A stretch of DNA of 64,000 nucleotides, from NCBI GenBank assembly GCA_964603695.1, contig CAZRXE010000825.1:30642-94641 (forward strand), in the 5' to 3' direction. This stretch comes from an uncultured Heliomicrobium sp. Lineage in GTDB: Bacteria > Acidobacteriota > Blastocatellia > RBC074. Shown one piece after another: positions 11,934 to 21,076 of the stretch; within the stretch, counting starts at the first letter, position 1; each line of letters begins with the position of its first letter. The position numbers and the translations under genes are program-made. The notes under the pieces are model-generated. The model saw only the letters and a list, made by a program, of their open reading frames with translations, had not been told where the DNA came from and searched no databases.

Positions 11934-13313
11934 TTAAAAGTCCGAATCAGATTGTTGACCACGCTCTCTCAACACACGGTAAAGAAACACAGCGTTGCCG
12001 ACGAAATAGCGTTTCCACATCCGGCGCGGTTCCTGCCAGAAGCGGTAAAACCATTCCAGTCCCATTTCGCGCAGCCATTGTGGCGCGCGCGGAATGTTCC
12101 CCGAATAAAAATCAAATAGGCCCCCAACGCCCATTGCGACTTTGACGCCGATGGCCTGCAAATGCTCGTGAATCCATTTGTCCTGCCGCGGCGCGCCGAA
12201 TGCGACCAGCAACAGCGATGCGCCGGAATCCGCGATTTGCCGAATGACCTCCGGTTCTTCCGCAGGCGTGAAATAACCGTGTCGCGTTCCGGCCAGCTTC
12301 ACGCCGGGATAATTCTGCTTGATCCAATCTCCGACAGCTTCTGTGACGCCGGGTTTTGCGCCCAACAAATACAGTCCCTGGCCGGTGTTTTCCAACGCTG
12401 CGCAAAGCCTCGGAAACATGTCCGTGCCATTGACGTTTTGTTTGATTTCGCGACCCAGCAGCTTGCCGGCCAGTTTCAGCCCGATGCCGTCTGCCAGGGT
12501 CATGGCCGCCTGATTGAGCACGGCGCGGTAATCGGCATCGCGAAAGGAAATGTTGGCGCAATCGGCGTTGACGAAACAGACCTGCCCGGCTTCCTTGCCG
12601 ACGAGCCGCGCGATGATGTCTTCAATGGCTTCGCTCATCGTCAGATTGTGCATGCGAATGCCTAGAACGCGGATCACGTCCGCGACGTTCGGCAAGCCTT
12701 CGCCATAAAGCAGCGCCGGCAACGCGCGCGCCAGAATGCCCAGATCGCCCATCACGCTTTGGGTTTCGACGTATTCGGCGTCGGAATCGGCTTCGCTGTT
12801 GAAGGCAATATTGGCGCGCCGCCGCACCCACCATAAACAAATCAAACCAGGACGCACATTGTAACGTTTGCGCGCTGCGCGCTGGTGCGGACTCAAATCG
12901 CCCGGCGCCACCGCGCGCGGCCCGACAAAAGACATTTCGCCGCGAAAAATGTTGAACAGCGCCGGCAGGTGCATCAATCGCAAACGCGCTGCCCAGCTTG
13001 TCTCCGGCAAATTGAAGGAAAACTCCTCGTAGGTTTCGCAATAGCGTCCAGTGCGCGGTGTACGGCGAAATCTGCCTCCGCCAAGCAACAAACCTGCAAT
13101 TAACAAAGGCGATAGCAAGCCCAGCAACAGAAGCGCGCCCCAGACATCCAGCGCCCGTTTGACGCCGGAAATCAGCAGCAAACTGATGGAAACGGAAAAC
13201 CCGTGCCGCCAACGCTGGATTTTCTGACGACGTAAACCGTAGTCGGAAAAGCGTTGGTATAACTCTTCCTTGAGTTGTTCCCGCGTTTGTTGTGATGGCG
13301 TTTCGTTGTGCAT
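11934..13313 (-). CDS. Fusion of an N-terminal Bac_transf-like membrane domain with a C-terminal WecB/TagA/CpsF-family glycosyltransferase.
   Basis: 'KRALDVWGALLLLGLLSPLLIAGLLL...FRGEMSFVGPRA' is Bac_transf-like. C-terminal 'GVGGLFDFYSGNIPRAPQWLREMGLEWFYRFWQEPRRMWKRYFVGNAVFL' is the WecG/TagA signature. Confidence 0.75.
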   Translation of the reverse strand: MHNETPSQQTREQLKEELYQRFSDYGLRRQKIQRWRHGFSVSISLLLISGVKRALDVWGALLLLGLLSPLLIAGLLLGGGRFRRTPRTGRYCETYEEFSFNLPETSWAARLRLMHLPALFNIFRGEMSFVGPRAVAPGDLSPHQRAARKRYNVRPGLICLWWVRRRANIAFNSEADSDAEYVETQSVMGDLGILARALPALLYGEGLPNVADVIRVLGIRMHNLTMSEAIEDIIARLVGKEAGQVCFVNADCANISFRDADYRAVLNQAAMTLADGIGLKLAGKLLGREIKQNVNGTDMFPRLCAALENTGQGLYLLGAKPGVTEAVGDWIKQNYPGVKLAGTRHGYFTPAEEPEVIRQIADSGASLLLVAFGAPRQDKWIHEHLQAIGVKVAMGVGGLFDFYSGNIPRAPQWLREMGLEWFYRFWQEPRRMWKRYFVGNAVFLYRVLRERGQQSDSDF

Positions 13314-13320
13314 CGCAGAG

Positions 13321-14055
13321 TTAATAAGCGCCTTTGCCCAGCAACACTGCCGGAACGGTTTTGAATAACAGCTTCAGATCGAGCCACAGGCTTTGACTGG
13401 CAATGTATTGCACGTCGAGTTCCACCTGTTGATCGAAAGGGATGTCGCCGCGTCCGCTGACTTGCCAGATGCAGGTCAGCCCCGGCGTCACGTCCAGGCG
13501 GCGGCGGTCGGAAAGCGTATAGAGCGCTACTTCGCGCGGGACGGGCGGACGCGGCCCAACCAGCGACATGTCGCCTTTGAGCACAGACCAAAGCTGCGGC
13601 AATTCATCAATGCTCAATTTGCGAATGATGCGGCCAATCCAGGTCACGCGCGGATCGCGCTTCATTTTGAAGGTGATGCTTTGTTGATGATCGTTTTGCT
13701 TCAGCAATTGATCTTTCAACGCCTCGGCGTTGAGTACCATCGAACGGAATTTCGGAAAAGGGAATTCGCGTCCCCAGCGTCCAACGCGCTTTTGCCAGAA
13801 AAGGATCGGCCCGCCGTCCGTCAGTTTGATGCACAACGCCACGGCCAGAAACAGCGGCGACAGGCAAATGAGTGCCGCGCTCGCCACCACAATATCCAGC
13901 AGCCGTTTGAGCAGCCGCGCGCCGCCCAGCACAATCAGCCAGGCGTATTTTTTCTGCCAATATCGCCAGCGCAGTTTGAATTGGCCGCCGCCGCCATAAC
14001 GGCGGTGCAACTCTTCGATCAAAGACAAGCGGTGAGTTTGATCCGTCATACGCAC
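13321..14055 (-). CDS. Polyprenyl-phosphate sugar phosphotransferase (small PglC/WcaJ-C-terminal type). The canonical initiating enzyme of the locus.
   Basis: 'KFRSM', 'DPRVTWIGRIIRKLSIDELPQLWSVLKGDMSLVGPRPP', 'PGLTCIWQVSGR': a complete Bac_transf signature including the Asp-Glu dyad. Confidence 0.85.
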   Translation of the reverse strand: MRMTDQTHRLSLIEELHRRYGGGGQFKLRWRYWQKKYAWLIVLGGARLLKRLLDIVVASAALICLSPLFLAVALCIKLTDGGPILFWQKRVGRWGREFPFPKFRSMVLNAEALKDQLLKQNDHQQSITFKMKRDPRVTWIGRIIRKLSIDELPQLWSVLKGDMSLVGPRPPVPREVALYTLSDRRRLDVTPGLTCIWQVSGRGDIPFDQQVELDVQYIASQSLWLDLKLLFKTVPAVLLGKGAY

Positions 14056-14072
14056 TTACCTCCTGCTACGAG

Positions 14073-15068
14073 CTACCACGGGCGCGGCGGCGAGACTTGT
14101 CCGCCTTGGGTTTCGCGCCAGGCCTGTTCCATCAGGGCAACGGTGGCGGCGGATTGTTTCGCTTTGATTTGAGCGTCGGGCGTTGGCTGTTTGGCGTTTT
14201 TGCCGGCGCGCAGAGCGTGCCAGCGTGTTTCCAGTTCTTTGGCCATCCAGGCGCCGCGTCGCCCGTGGTGTTTGCGGTAATAGAGCAACGCGCTGCGCAT
14301 GCGCCACAAGGTCAATTGCGAACCCGCCGAAGACATCTCCAGATGTTTGACCGTTTTGGAAGATTCGCCGCCCAAATGCACGACAACCACGTCCGGCCAA
14401 TACCAGACCGTATAGCCTGCGGCCTTGATGCGGCGGCACAAATCCACTTCCTCGTAATACAAAAAGAAGCTTTCGTCGAAATAGCCGACTTCTTCCAGCA
14501 CTTTGCGCGGGACGATGGAAAACGCGCCGGGAACCCAATCCACTTCCGCCGCCTGATTTTGATCGGCCCAGGTTCGGTCAAAACGGCCAAATAAACGCGA
14601 GTTCGGATATTTGGCCGACAGGCCCGAAAGCGTAAACAGATCGTTGGTGAACGACGGAAACATGCGCGCGGAGGGTTGCCAGGAATCATCGCGCCCTATC
14701 AGACGCGCGCCACCCACGCCAATGCGCGGATCGGCTTTCATGCGCTCGACGGCCAGCGGCAATGCTCCGGGACGCAAAAACGCATCCGAATTGAGCAGCA
14801 CCACAAATTCCCCGCGCGCGATTTCAAAGCCGCGATTATTGGCCGCCGCAAAGCCCAGATTGACGGAACTGCGAATCAATCCGGCGTCGGGAAATTCGCG
14901 CTCGACCATGTCCGCGGAACCATCTTTGGAGGCGTTGTCCACCACGATGGTTTCGTAATTGACGCCGCCCGCTTCGCGCGCGAGCGTTTGCAAACAATCG
15001 CGTAACAAATCGCGCGTGTTGAACGAAACGACGACCACAGAGACTTCCGGCGTTGATTTAGTTTCCAT
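14073..15068 (-). CDS. Glycosyltransferase family 2.
   Basis: 'VSVVVVSFNTRDLLRDCLQTL..ETIVVDNASKDGS' GT-A fold start. The ATG at 15068 is preceded by 'GGAGGG'. The longer ORF start at 15158 was rejected. Confidence 0.8.
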   Translation of the reverse strand: METKSTPEVSVVVVSFNTRDLLRDCLQTLAREAGGVNYETIVVDNASKDGSADMVEREFPDAGLIRSSVNLGFAAANNRGFEIARGEFVVLLNSDAFLRPGALPLAVERMKADPRIGVGGARLIGRDDSWQPSARMFPSFTNDLFTLSGLSAKYPNSRLFGRFDRTWADQNQAAEVDWVPGAFSIVPRKVLEEVGYFDESFFLYYEEVDLCRRIKAAGYTVWYWPDVVVVHLGGESSKTVKHLEMSSAGSQLTLWRMRSALLYYRKHHGRRGAWMAKELETRWHALRAGKNAKQPTPDAQIKAKQSAATVALMEQAWRETQGGQVSPPRPW

Positions 15069-16296
15069 ACGGAGTCCCTCCTTTCTGATTTGACTTGTTA
15101 TCGGCCTGCATTCCAGAGCCTGGCGTTGCGCGTTCAGTGCGTACCCATTCGGCGTCACGCCGCGCCGTACGCCACATCGCCGGAATGAGCATGACTTTCC
15201 AGATTACATAAAATGGCGCAGTCAAAAGCGCGCCCACATCTTTCCAGCCGCCGCCGCCCACGCGCAGCGCCGCCAGAATGTGCAGGCCAACCATTCCCAA
15301 TCCAATCGCCGCGTAAAGCCGCGACGGCGCGAAGGGCACGGTCAGCGCAGCCAGCAATAACAAAACATGAAAGGCGAGCGGCAACAACAGCAGATCAAAC
15401 AGCGGTTCGAGCATTCGCAAGCGCCCACGCGCCAGATCGCCAAGCAGTGTCGGGCCGACTTGCGCCAGCATGCGAAAGCGTCCTCCTTCCCAACGCGCCC
15501 GCTGTGTTTTTGCGCCGCGTCCGCCGGTGGGCATGTCCGCGCGCACCGTGGTTGTTTCGATGAATTCCACGCGCCGTCCGGCACGCACCAGACGCAGGTG
15601 ATATTCAAGGTCTTCGACGACCGAAACCGCATCGTACGGAATCGCCTGCAAGGTTGCGGCGCTCAGGCCGAAGCCATTGCCGAACAAACCCGCAGACAGG
15701 CTCAGACGATCACGCCCGCGCGGACGCAGCACGTTGAAAGCGCACAGAGCCACGTTCATCAAGCGCGTGCGCAGCGAAGCTTCCGTGTTGCTGACCAGAT
15801 AACGGCACTGCGCGGCGTCTGCGCCTGCGGCAAAGACGCGGCTGAATTCCGCCACAAAATTTGTTTCAACAACCGTGTCGGCATCCACCACAATCGCTGC
15901 GTCGAAACCTTCGGCCAGCACGGTTTGAAAGGCAAAATCCAGCGCGTAGCCCTTGCCGCGCTCTTCCGGATTGTGCCGCACCAGCGCGCGCGCGCCTGCG
16001 GCTTGCGCCAAAGCCGCTGTGTCATCCGTGCAATTGTCCGCCACGACCAGCACCGTGAAGTCATTGCCGTCCGCATTGCAGCGCAACAGACTTTGCACAC
16101 AGCGCGCAATGCCCGAAGCTTCGTTGTGCGCCGGAACAACGATGGCCAGCCGCAGGGATTTCGTTTGCGCCGCGCGGCGATTGCGCGGCAGGAATGCGCC
16201 AAAAGTCAGCAGCGCCAGTTCCAGCGTTCCCGGCAAGCTCAGCAACGCCAATCCCGCGCCGCACACTGCCCAAAACATGGTCAGTAATTCAGTCAT
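15058..16296 (-). CDS. Membrane-bound glycosyltransferase family 2 (GT-A domain followed by C-terminal TM helices).
   Basis: N-terminal TM, then 'LAIVVPAHNEASGIARCVQSL...LVVADNCTDDT', D-x-D 'VDAD', and C-terminal hydrophobic helices. Confidence 0.75.
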   Translation of the reverse strand: MTELLTMFWAVCGAGLALLSLPGTLELALLTFGAFLPRNRRAAQTKSLRLAIVVPAHNEASGIARCVQSLLRCNADGNDFTVLVVADNCTDDTAALAQAAGARALVRHNPEERGKGYALDFAFQTVLAEGFDAAIVVDADTVVETNFVAEFSRVFAAGADAAQCRYLVSNTEASLRTRLMNVALCAFNVLRPRGRDRLSLSAGLFGNGFGLSAATLQAIPYDAVSVVEDLEYHLRLVRAGRRVEFIETTTVRADMPTGGRGAKTQRARWEGGRFRMLAQVGPTLLGDLARGRLRMLEPLFDLLLLPLAFHVLLLLAALTVPFAPSRLYAAIGLGMVGLHILAALRVGGGGWKDVGALLTAPFYVIWKVMLIPAMWRTARRDAEWVRTERATPGSGMQADNKSNQKGGTPYGN

Positions 16297-18502
16297 CGCG
16301 CCTTCTCTCCTTTGGCAACAGCGTCACCAGGCCATACGCCGGCAAACGAACCGTGACCGAATTGCCCTCTGCCGACAAAGGCTCTTTGACGATGCGCACT
16401 TCTTCCGCCGTTTCGTTCGTGGCCCAGGGATCAGGCGCATCCAATCGCCAGAGCTGCGCGGGCAATTGCGCGTTGCGTGGAAAACTGATGGTGATTTCCT
16501 GCGGCAGCGGTGAAGTTGAAATCAGCGCCGCTGACCAATCCGAGCCGGAATGAAAGGCATACAGTGTGGCCTGCGCTTCGACTTGCTGACTGACTTTCAT
16601 CAAATCGCCGGCAATGACTTGATTGAGCATCGAAATCGCCAAGCCCGTCGGGCGAAAACGTCGCGTGTCGCCGACATCCCGCATCACGCCCCACAATCTG
16701 ACCAGCCCGGAATAGTTCGGCAGATAAGAATCGAAGCCCGCAAAAGTATAGGCACATTGCCGCTGCGCACCGTGTGTCAGCGCATCAAGCATGGTTTTGG
16801 CAACGGCGCTGCCTGCTGCGGCTCCGGCGGTGACTGGCAAACGCTCTGCGGCGAAAGCAGTGCCTTCCGTCGTGTGCAGATTGACTTCGTAAACGGCCAG
16901 CTCCTTGTTTTGAGCTTTAATCTCGTGCGCGATGCTGGCCAGTCTGCCATCGTCTCCGGCAAACAGTTCAGGCAGCCATAGAGAAGAGGGTATGCCCGCC
17001 ATCAGCGAATATTGAAAGTAAGGCCCCAGCGCCAGCACATTCGCGCCTTCGGCGTAGCGCGCAAACCGCAGCGCATATTCGGGATTGGCGTGCTGTCCGT
17101 TGACAGCCATTTGCAATCGAACGCGCTGGCCAGCCGCCGTACGAATTTTCTGAAACGCCCTGGAAGCGGCTTGTCCGTGCGCCATCGGATCGGAAATGCC
17201 CGCCGGTCTGAACATTCCGTTCCAGTTTTCGTTGCCGAATTCCAGCAGGATTTCTTCGAACCGGCGCTGCGAAGCCAGATAACGCCCCAGTCCTGTTAAT
17301 TCTTCGTCGGTGAAGGTCGTTGGAACAACGACCCACGGCGACGCTCCGATGGTGGCGCACAAGTCCAAAAATTCCGGCAGGGAATAGCCAAAATCCGTGC
17401 CGTCCACATCCGGTCTGTAACGCGAAGCGCGGCGCGCAAATGACGTGGCCAGCCGATTGTCCAGCGTATCGCCCAATTGCCCCTGCCAATCGCGCAAGTA
17501 TCCCGGGTGCAATTGCCGCAAGGCGCTCACCACTTGTTCACGAAACGGAGAAGGCCTGCTTTGTACTGCGCCGAGTTCCACATCGTCCAGCAAAACGCAG
17601 GCGGCGTCGCCCGTCGCCTGAAAACGCAATTCCAACGCGCCCGGCGGCCCGTCGTCTTTGGCCGTGAAATCGAAAGTCTGCTTTTCCCATTGCGACGTTG
17701 GCGCAATGCTGCGGCTCAAAAATGCTGGCGAACCGGCGCGGCGGAATTGCACATTGAGCGCGGGTTTTCCGGCGCAACTCTTCGTCCAGAACGAAAGCCG
17801 CCACGCGCCGTTGACGGGCAACAGCTTTCCGGCGCGGTCTGTGATGGTGTCCAGATACGAAAGAACTTCCACCGTGCGGCCTGCCACTGGTTTCAAGGCC
17901 AAAGCCCTTTGCCCAGAGCTGCCGGTGCGTTTGTCTCGTAATTCCGGCACAACGAAACCGGTAGATTCCGGCGGATACCACCATTGCGTGGGCAGGGCTG
18001 AATCTGTGCGGCGGGTCAATGAAATCACATCGCCCGCGTTGAGCAGCGGCGCAGCGCCTTCAGTTGTGAATTCAGGCAAACCGTCCACGCCTGTTTTTCG
18101 CGACGCGGCAATTCTGCCCTGCGCACCGGCGGAAACGCCGGTGCGTACCTCAAAGCTTGCATCTATCCAAAAACCGTCCGCGCGTCCCAGCCATTCGGTG
18201 TCATCACTGAAGCTTTGCGCGTCTGCGCGCCGAACGATGACGATGGCGCGGTCAAGCAGACCTTCAAAGCCAGGATTTTTCAGGACGTTGTTCATCAATT
18301 GTTCCGCGCCCCAGTACGTCCAATTGCCCAGATTGATGCCCAGCGGTTTGACATCAGCCACGCTGGTTGTCGTTTCAACGGCGAACGTCGTCGCGTCCGC
18401 CGCCGCGTGGAATCGCTTCGCCGGGTTGAAGACAAACGCAGAAGCGGTCAACAAACCTGCGCAAAGCGAAGCCGATAAAATCAACGAAGTTCTGCTTCTC
18501 AT
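16289..18502 (-). CDS. Secreted 737-aa protein, possibly a clan GH-A-like glycoside hydrolase acting on the polysaccharide.
   Basis: Signal peptide 'MRSRTSLILSASLCAGLLTASA'. 'EFGNENWNG' resembles the N-E-x catalytic acid motif of TIM-barrel glycosidases. This placement is not certain. Confidence 0.45.
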   Translation of the reverse strand: MRSRTSLILSASLCAGLLTASAFVFNPAKRFHAAADATTFAVETTTSVADVKPLGINLGNWTYWGAEQLMNNVLKNPGFEGLLDRAIVIVRRADAQSFSDDTEWLGRADGFWIDASFEVRTGVSAGAQGRIAASRKTGVDGLPEFTTEGAAPLLNAGDVISLTRRTDSALPTQWWYPPESTGFVVPELRDKRTGSSGQRALALKPVAGRTVEVLSYLDTITDRAGKLLPVNGAWRLSFWTKSCAGKPALNVQFRRAGSPAFLSRSIAPTSQWEKQTFDFTAKDDGPPGALELRFQATGDAACVLLDDVELGAVQSRPSPFREQVVSALRQLHPGYLRDWQGQLGDTLDNRLATSFARRASRYRPDVDGTDFGYSLPEFLDLCATIGASPWVVVPTTFTDEELTGLGRYLASQRRFEEILLEFGNENWNGMFRPAGISDPMAHGQAASRAFQKIRTAAGQRVRLQMAVNGQHANPEYALRFARYAEGANVLALGPYFQYSLMAGIPSSLWLPELFAGDDGRLASIAHEIKAQNKELAVYEVNLHTTEGTAFAAERLPVTAGAAAGSAVAKTMLDALTHGAQRQCAYTFAGFDSYLPNYSGLVRLWGVMRDVGDTRRFRPTGLAISMLNQVIAGDLMKVSQQVEAQATLYAFHSGSDWSAALISTSPLPQEITISFPRNAQLPAQLWRLDAPDPWATNETAEEVRIVKEPLSAEGNSVTVRLPAYGLVTLLPKERRRDD

Positions 18503-19755
18503 GATTGGCCCTCCAGACGACGACGGAAAATGGCCGCCAGCCGTGCCGTGTTGCGGTCGAGATTGTAACGATCCATCACGCGCCGGCGGCCTTGCGCGCC
18601 CAGCCGTTGCCGCAACTCTGCATCGTCCATCAACCGGCCAATTGCCGCCGCGAGGTCTTCCACGGCGGAAGGTGCAACCAACAATCCGTCTATTTCGTGG
18701 CGAATCAATTCCGGTATGCCAGTGATAAAAGTCGTCACGCAGGGAATTTCCATGGCCATCGCCTCCATCAGCACCACTGGAATGCCTTCGGCAAAGCTCG
18801 CCAGCACGAACGCATCCGCCTGCGCATACAGAGCGCGAATGCGATCCTGATTGACCGCGCCTTCAAAGGTGACGCAACGGCGCAGGTTCAGCCGATCCAC
18901 CTGCGCTTCCAGGCTGGCGCGATCCGGCCCGTCACCCACCAGTCGCAAATGCACCGGGCGTTTTTGTTCCGCCAGCAAGTGCATTGCATTAATCAAAATG
19001 TGTTGTCCTTTGGCCGGAACCAGACGCCCGACGCAGATCAATTCAAAGCTTTCCGGCGCAGCGCGAAATGGACGCGGCGCAAAGGCCGTGGGGTCTACGC
19101 CAAGCGGCGAAACCTCGAATTTGTCCCATTCGGAAATCGGCGAAAGCTTCATCAACTGGCTACGGGCATACGCGCCAATCGTGCAAAGAAACGATGCGCC
19201 GCGAATCTTTTCGGCCAGCCTGTATTGCGACACATCGTAAAACTCATCCGGCCCGTGAACGGTGATCGAAAAAGTAATCGGAAAGATTTGCGCCGCAATC
19301 AGAGCCACCTGCGACGCCGGCGTCGCAAAATGAACGTGCAGATGCGTCAGCTTTTTGCCCTGCATCCAGCGGCCCAGCATCACGGCTTCGATGAAATAAA
19401 ACACGCCGTAAACCCAGGCTTTGACATCCGTGCCGCCCAGCCGCAGCGCAAACAGCAATCCGCGCAGCCACGCCAACGGACGCGCCACCAGCGTAGCCAG
19501 ATGTGCGCTCGCTGCGCCGACAGCGCCGTGCGCTTTGACGTAATAAGTTTCTTTAGCTTCGGCGCGCTCATCTGCTGTCAATTGCTCTGCCGGGCGATCC
19601 GGCGAATTGATAGAAGCGACGTGCAGGTCGAAACCCTGCGCGCGCAGTTGCAGCACTTCGCGCAAAATGAAGGTATGCGACACCGCCGGATAGCGGCTGA
19701 CCAGATAGGCCATCCGAATGGTTCGTTGGGATTGTTGCTCCTGATTCACATTCAT
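18499..19755 (-). CDS. Glycosyltransferase family 4 (WcaL-like).
   Basis: 'MAYLVSRYPAVSHTFILREV' N-terminus typical of WcaL-type GT4. C-terminal 'E..G.P..EAMA' GT-B motif 'EGIPVVLMEAMAMEIPCV'. Confidence 0.8.
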   Translation of the reverse strand: MNVNQEQQSQRTIRMAYLVSRYPAVSHTFILREVLQLRAQGFDLHVASINSPDRPAEQLTADERAEAKETYYVKAHGAVGAASAHLATLVARPLAWLRGLLFALRLGGTDVKAWVYGVFYFIEAVMLGRWMQGKKLTHLHVHFATPASQVALIAAQIFPITFSITVHGPDEFYDVSQYRLAEKIRGASFLCTIGAYARSQLMKLSPISEWDKFEVSPLGVDPTAFAPRPFRAAPESFELICVGRLVPAKGQHILINAMHLLAEQKRPVHLRLVGDGPDRASLEAQVDRLNLRRCVTFEGAVNQDRIRALYAQADAFVLASFAEGIPVVLMEAMAMEIPCVTTFITGIPELIRHEIDGLLVAPSAVEDLAAAIGRLMDDAELRQRLGAQGRRRVMDRYNLDRNTARLAAIFRRRLEGQS

Positions 19756-19794
19756 GATTTCGATCCTGACTGACAGTCAACCCTGACTGGTTGC

Positions 19795-21012
19795 TTACCA
19801 TTCACACAACACCAAAAGCGCGCTGCCTGAATGGGCCAGTGTCCTGGCCCATTGCCGCAATCCGACAGGCACGTAATGACTGGCAATTCTGCGCAACAGC
19901 GCCAGCAGCAACAGCGGATCGCGCCAGGGAAGATTGGTGCCCGCCCGCAACAGCAGCATCAGGTTGCGATCATCAACCGCCCGGAAAACGCATTGCGGAA
20001 ACATATAAATGGTCTGGGCGGAAACCTCTTTGTTTGTTGCCGGCCCATCCATCAACAGATGCGCGTGGCCGTGGAGCATGGCGGCCATCGCCGCAGAAAG
20101 TTTTTTGTTGGAATACCAGCCCGGCGTAGGACGCGCGTTGAATTCAATCAAGCTCAACTCGCCTGTTGTTTCATCAATCACCCAATCCACGCCGCCCAGC
20201 CCGTGAAAACCGGTCAGCGCGCCAATGCCCGCCAGCAAAGGTTCTATGCTCGGATGATCCATTTCCTGACGCACGCACGAGGCCGCCAGTTCGGTCGGCC
20301 AGGAAATCAGCGTTTGCGAAGATTCCCAGCAGATTGGCTGCCCGTGATCGAAAAGCACTTCCGTCTGTCCGCGCACTCCGCTGATGCACTGCTGCACCAT
20401 CACCGGCTGTCCGCAGGAAATCGCTGCAAATTGCGGCGCAAAATCTTCCATTCCCCAAACCTTGCGCACGCCGGAACCGGACATGCTGGTAGGCTGTTTG
20501 AGCATCAGCGGAAAGCCATATTCGCCGGCCAGTTTCTGCGCTTCAGGAAAACCGGCGCAGATTTGAAACTTCGGGACTGGCAGGCCTGCGTCCGCCGATG
20601 CCTGCAAAAACGTGAACTTCGACGTGATTGACTCAATCGCCCGGCTGCGATGATCCACGGGAAACCAGCCCTCCAGCCACGCTTCGCCTTTGTATCGCGC
20701 CAAATCCTGCAGCAGCGTTTCATCAGCGATGATGATCCAGCAGTACTCCTGCAAATGTTCGGACAAGTGCTGCTTGAGCTGTCCAATCAGCTCCGCATTC
20801 GATGGCGGCGCGGCAATGTGTTGATCTACATACCGCGACTGGCTAACGGCCACGCCCGGCGGCGCAAACAGTGTGACGTGGCAGCCCGCCGCCCTCAAAA
20901 TTTGCGGCAGGCGAATGATGCCCATCAAATCCAGACGAAGAATTAACAATACCTTTTTGCTTTTAGCTTGATTCAACATACGGGGGTACTGCGTTGATAG
21001 AAAAGCTTCCAA
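19795..21012 (-). CDS. ATP-grasp domain protein (carboxylate-amine ligase family).
   Basis: 'FPLMLKQPTSMSGSGVRKVWGMEDF' (ATP-grasp B-loop region). 'GVDWVIDETTGELSLIEFNARPTPGW' (C-terminal Mg/ATP-binding E-x-N motif). Confidence 0.7.
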   Translation of the reverse strand: MEAFLSTQYPRMLNQAKSKKVLLILRLDLMGIIRLPQILRAAGCHVTLFAPPGVAVSQSRYVDQHIAAPPSNAELIGQLKQHLSEHLQEYCWIIIADETLLQDLARYKGEAWLEGWFPVDHRSRAIESITSKFTFLQASADAGLPVPKFQICAGFPEAQKLAGEYGFPLMLKQPTSMSGSGVRKVWGMEDFAPQFAAISCGQPVMVQQCISGVRGQTEVLFDHGQPICWESSQTLISWPTELAASCVRQEMDHPSIEPLLAGIGALTGFHGLGGVDWVIDETTGELSLIEFNARPTPGWYSNKKLSAAMAAMLHGHAHLLMDGPATNKEVSAQTIYMFPQCVFRAVDDRNLMLLLRAGTNLPWRDPLLLLALLRRIASHYVPVGLRQWARTLAHSGSALLVLCEW

Positions 21013-21036
21013 TTCAGCGAGCGTCAGATCAACAAT

Positions 21037-21073
21037 TCTCAGTATGTACAGCGAACTGTCAGTCCGCTGTACA
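21037..21073. repeat. Copy B of the palindromic repeat family, in the 64-bp spacer between the flippase and ATP-grasp genes.
   Basis: 'CAATTCTCagtaTGTACAGCGAACTgtcAGTCCGCTGTACA'. Confidence 0.5.
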
Positions 21074-21076
21074 CGT

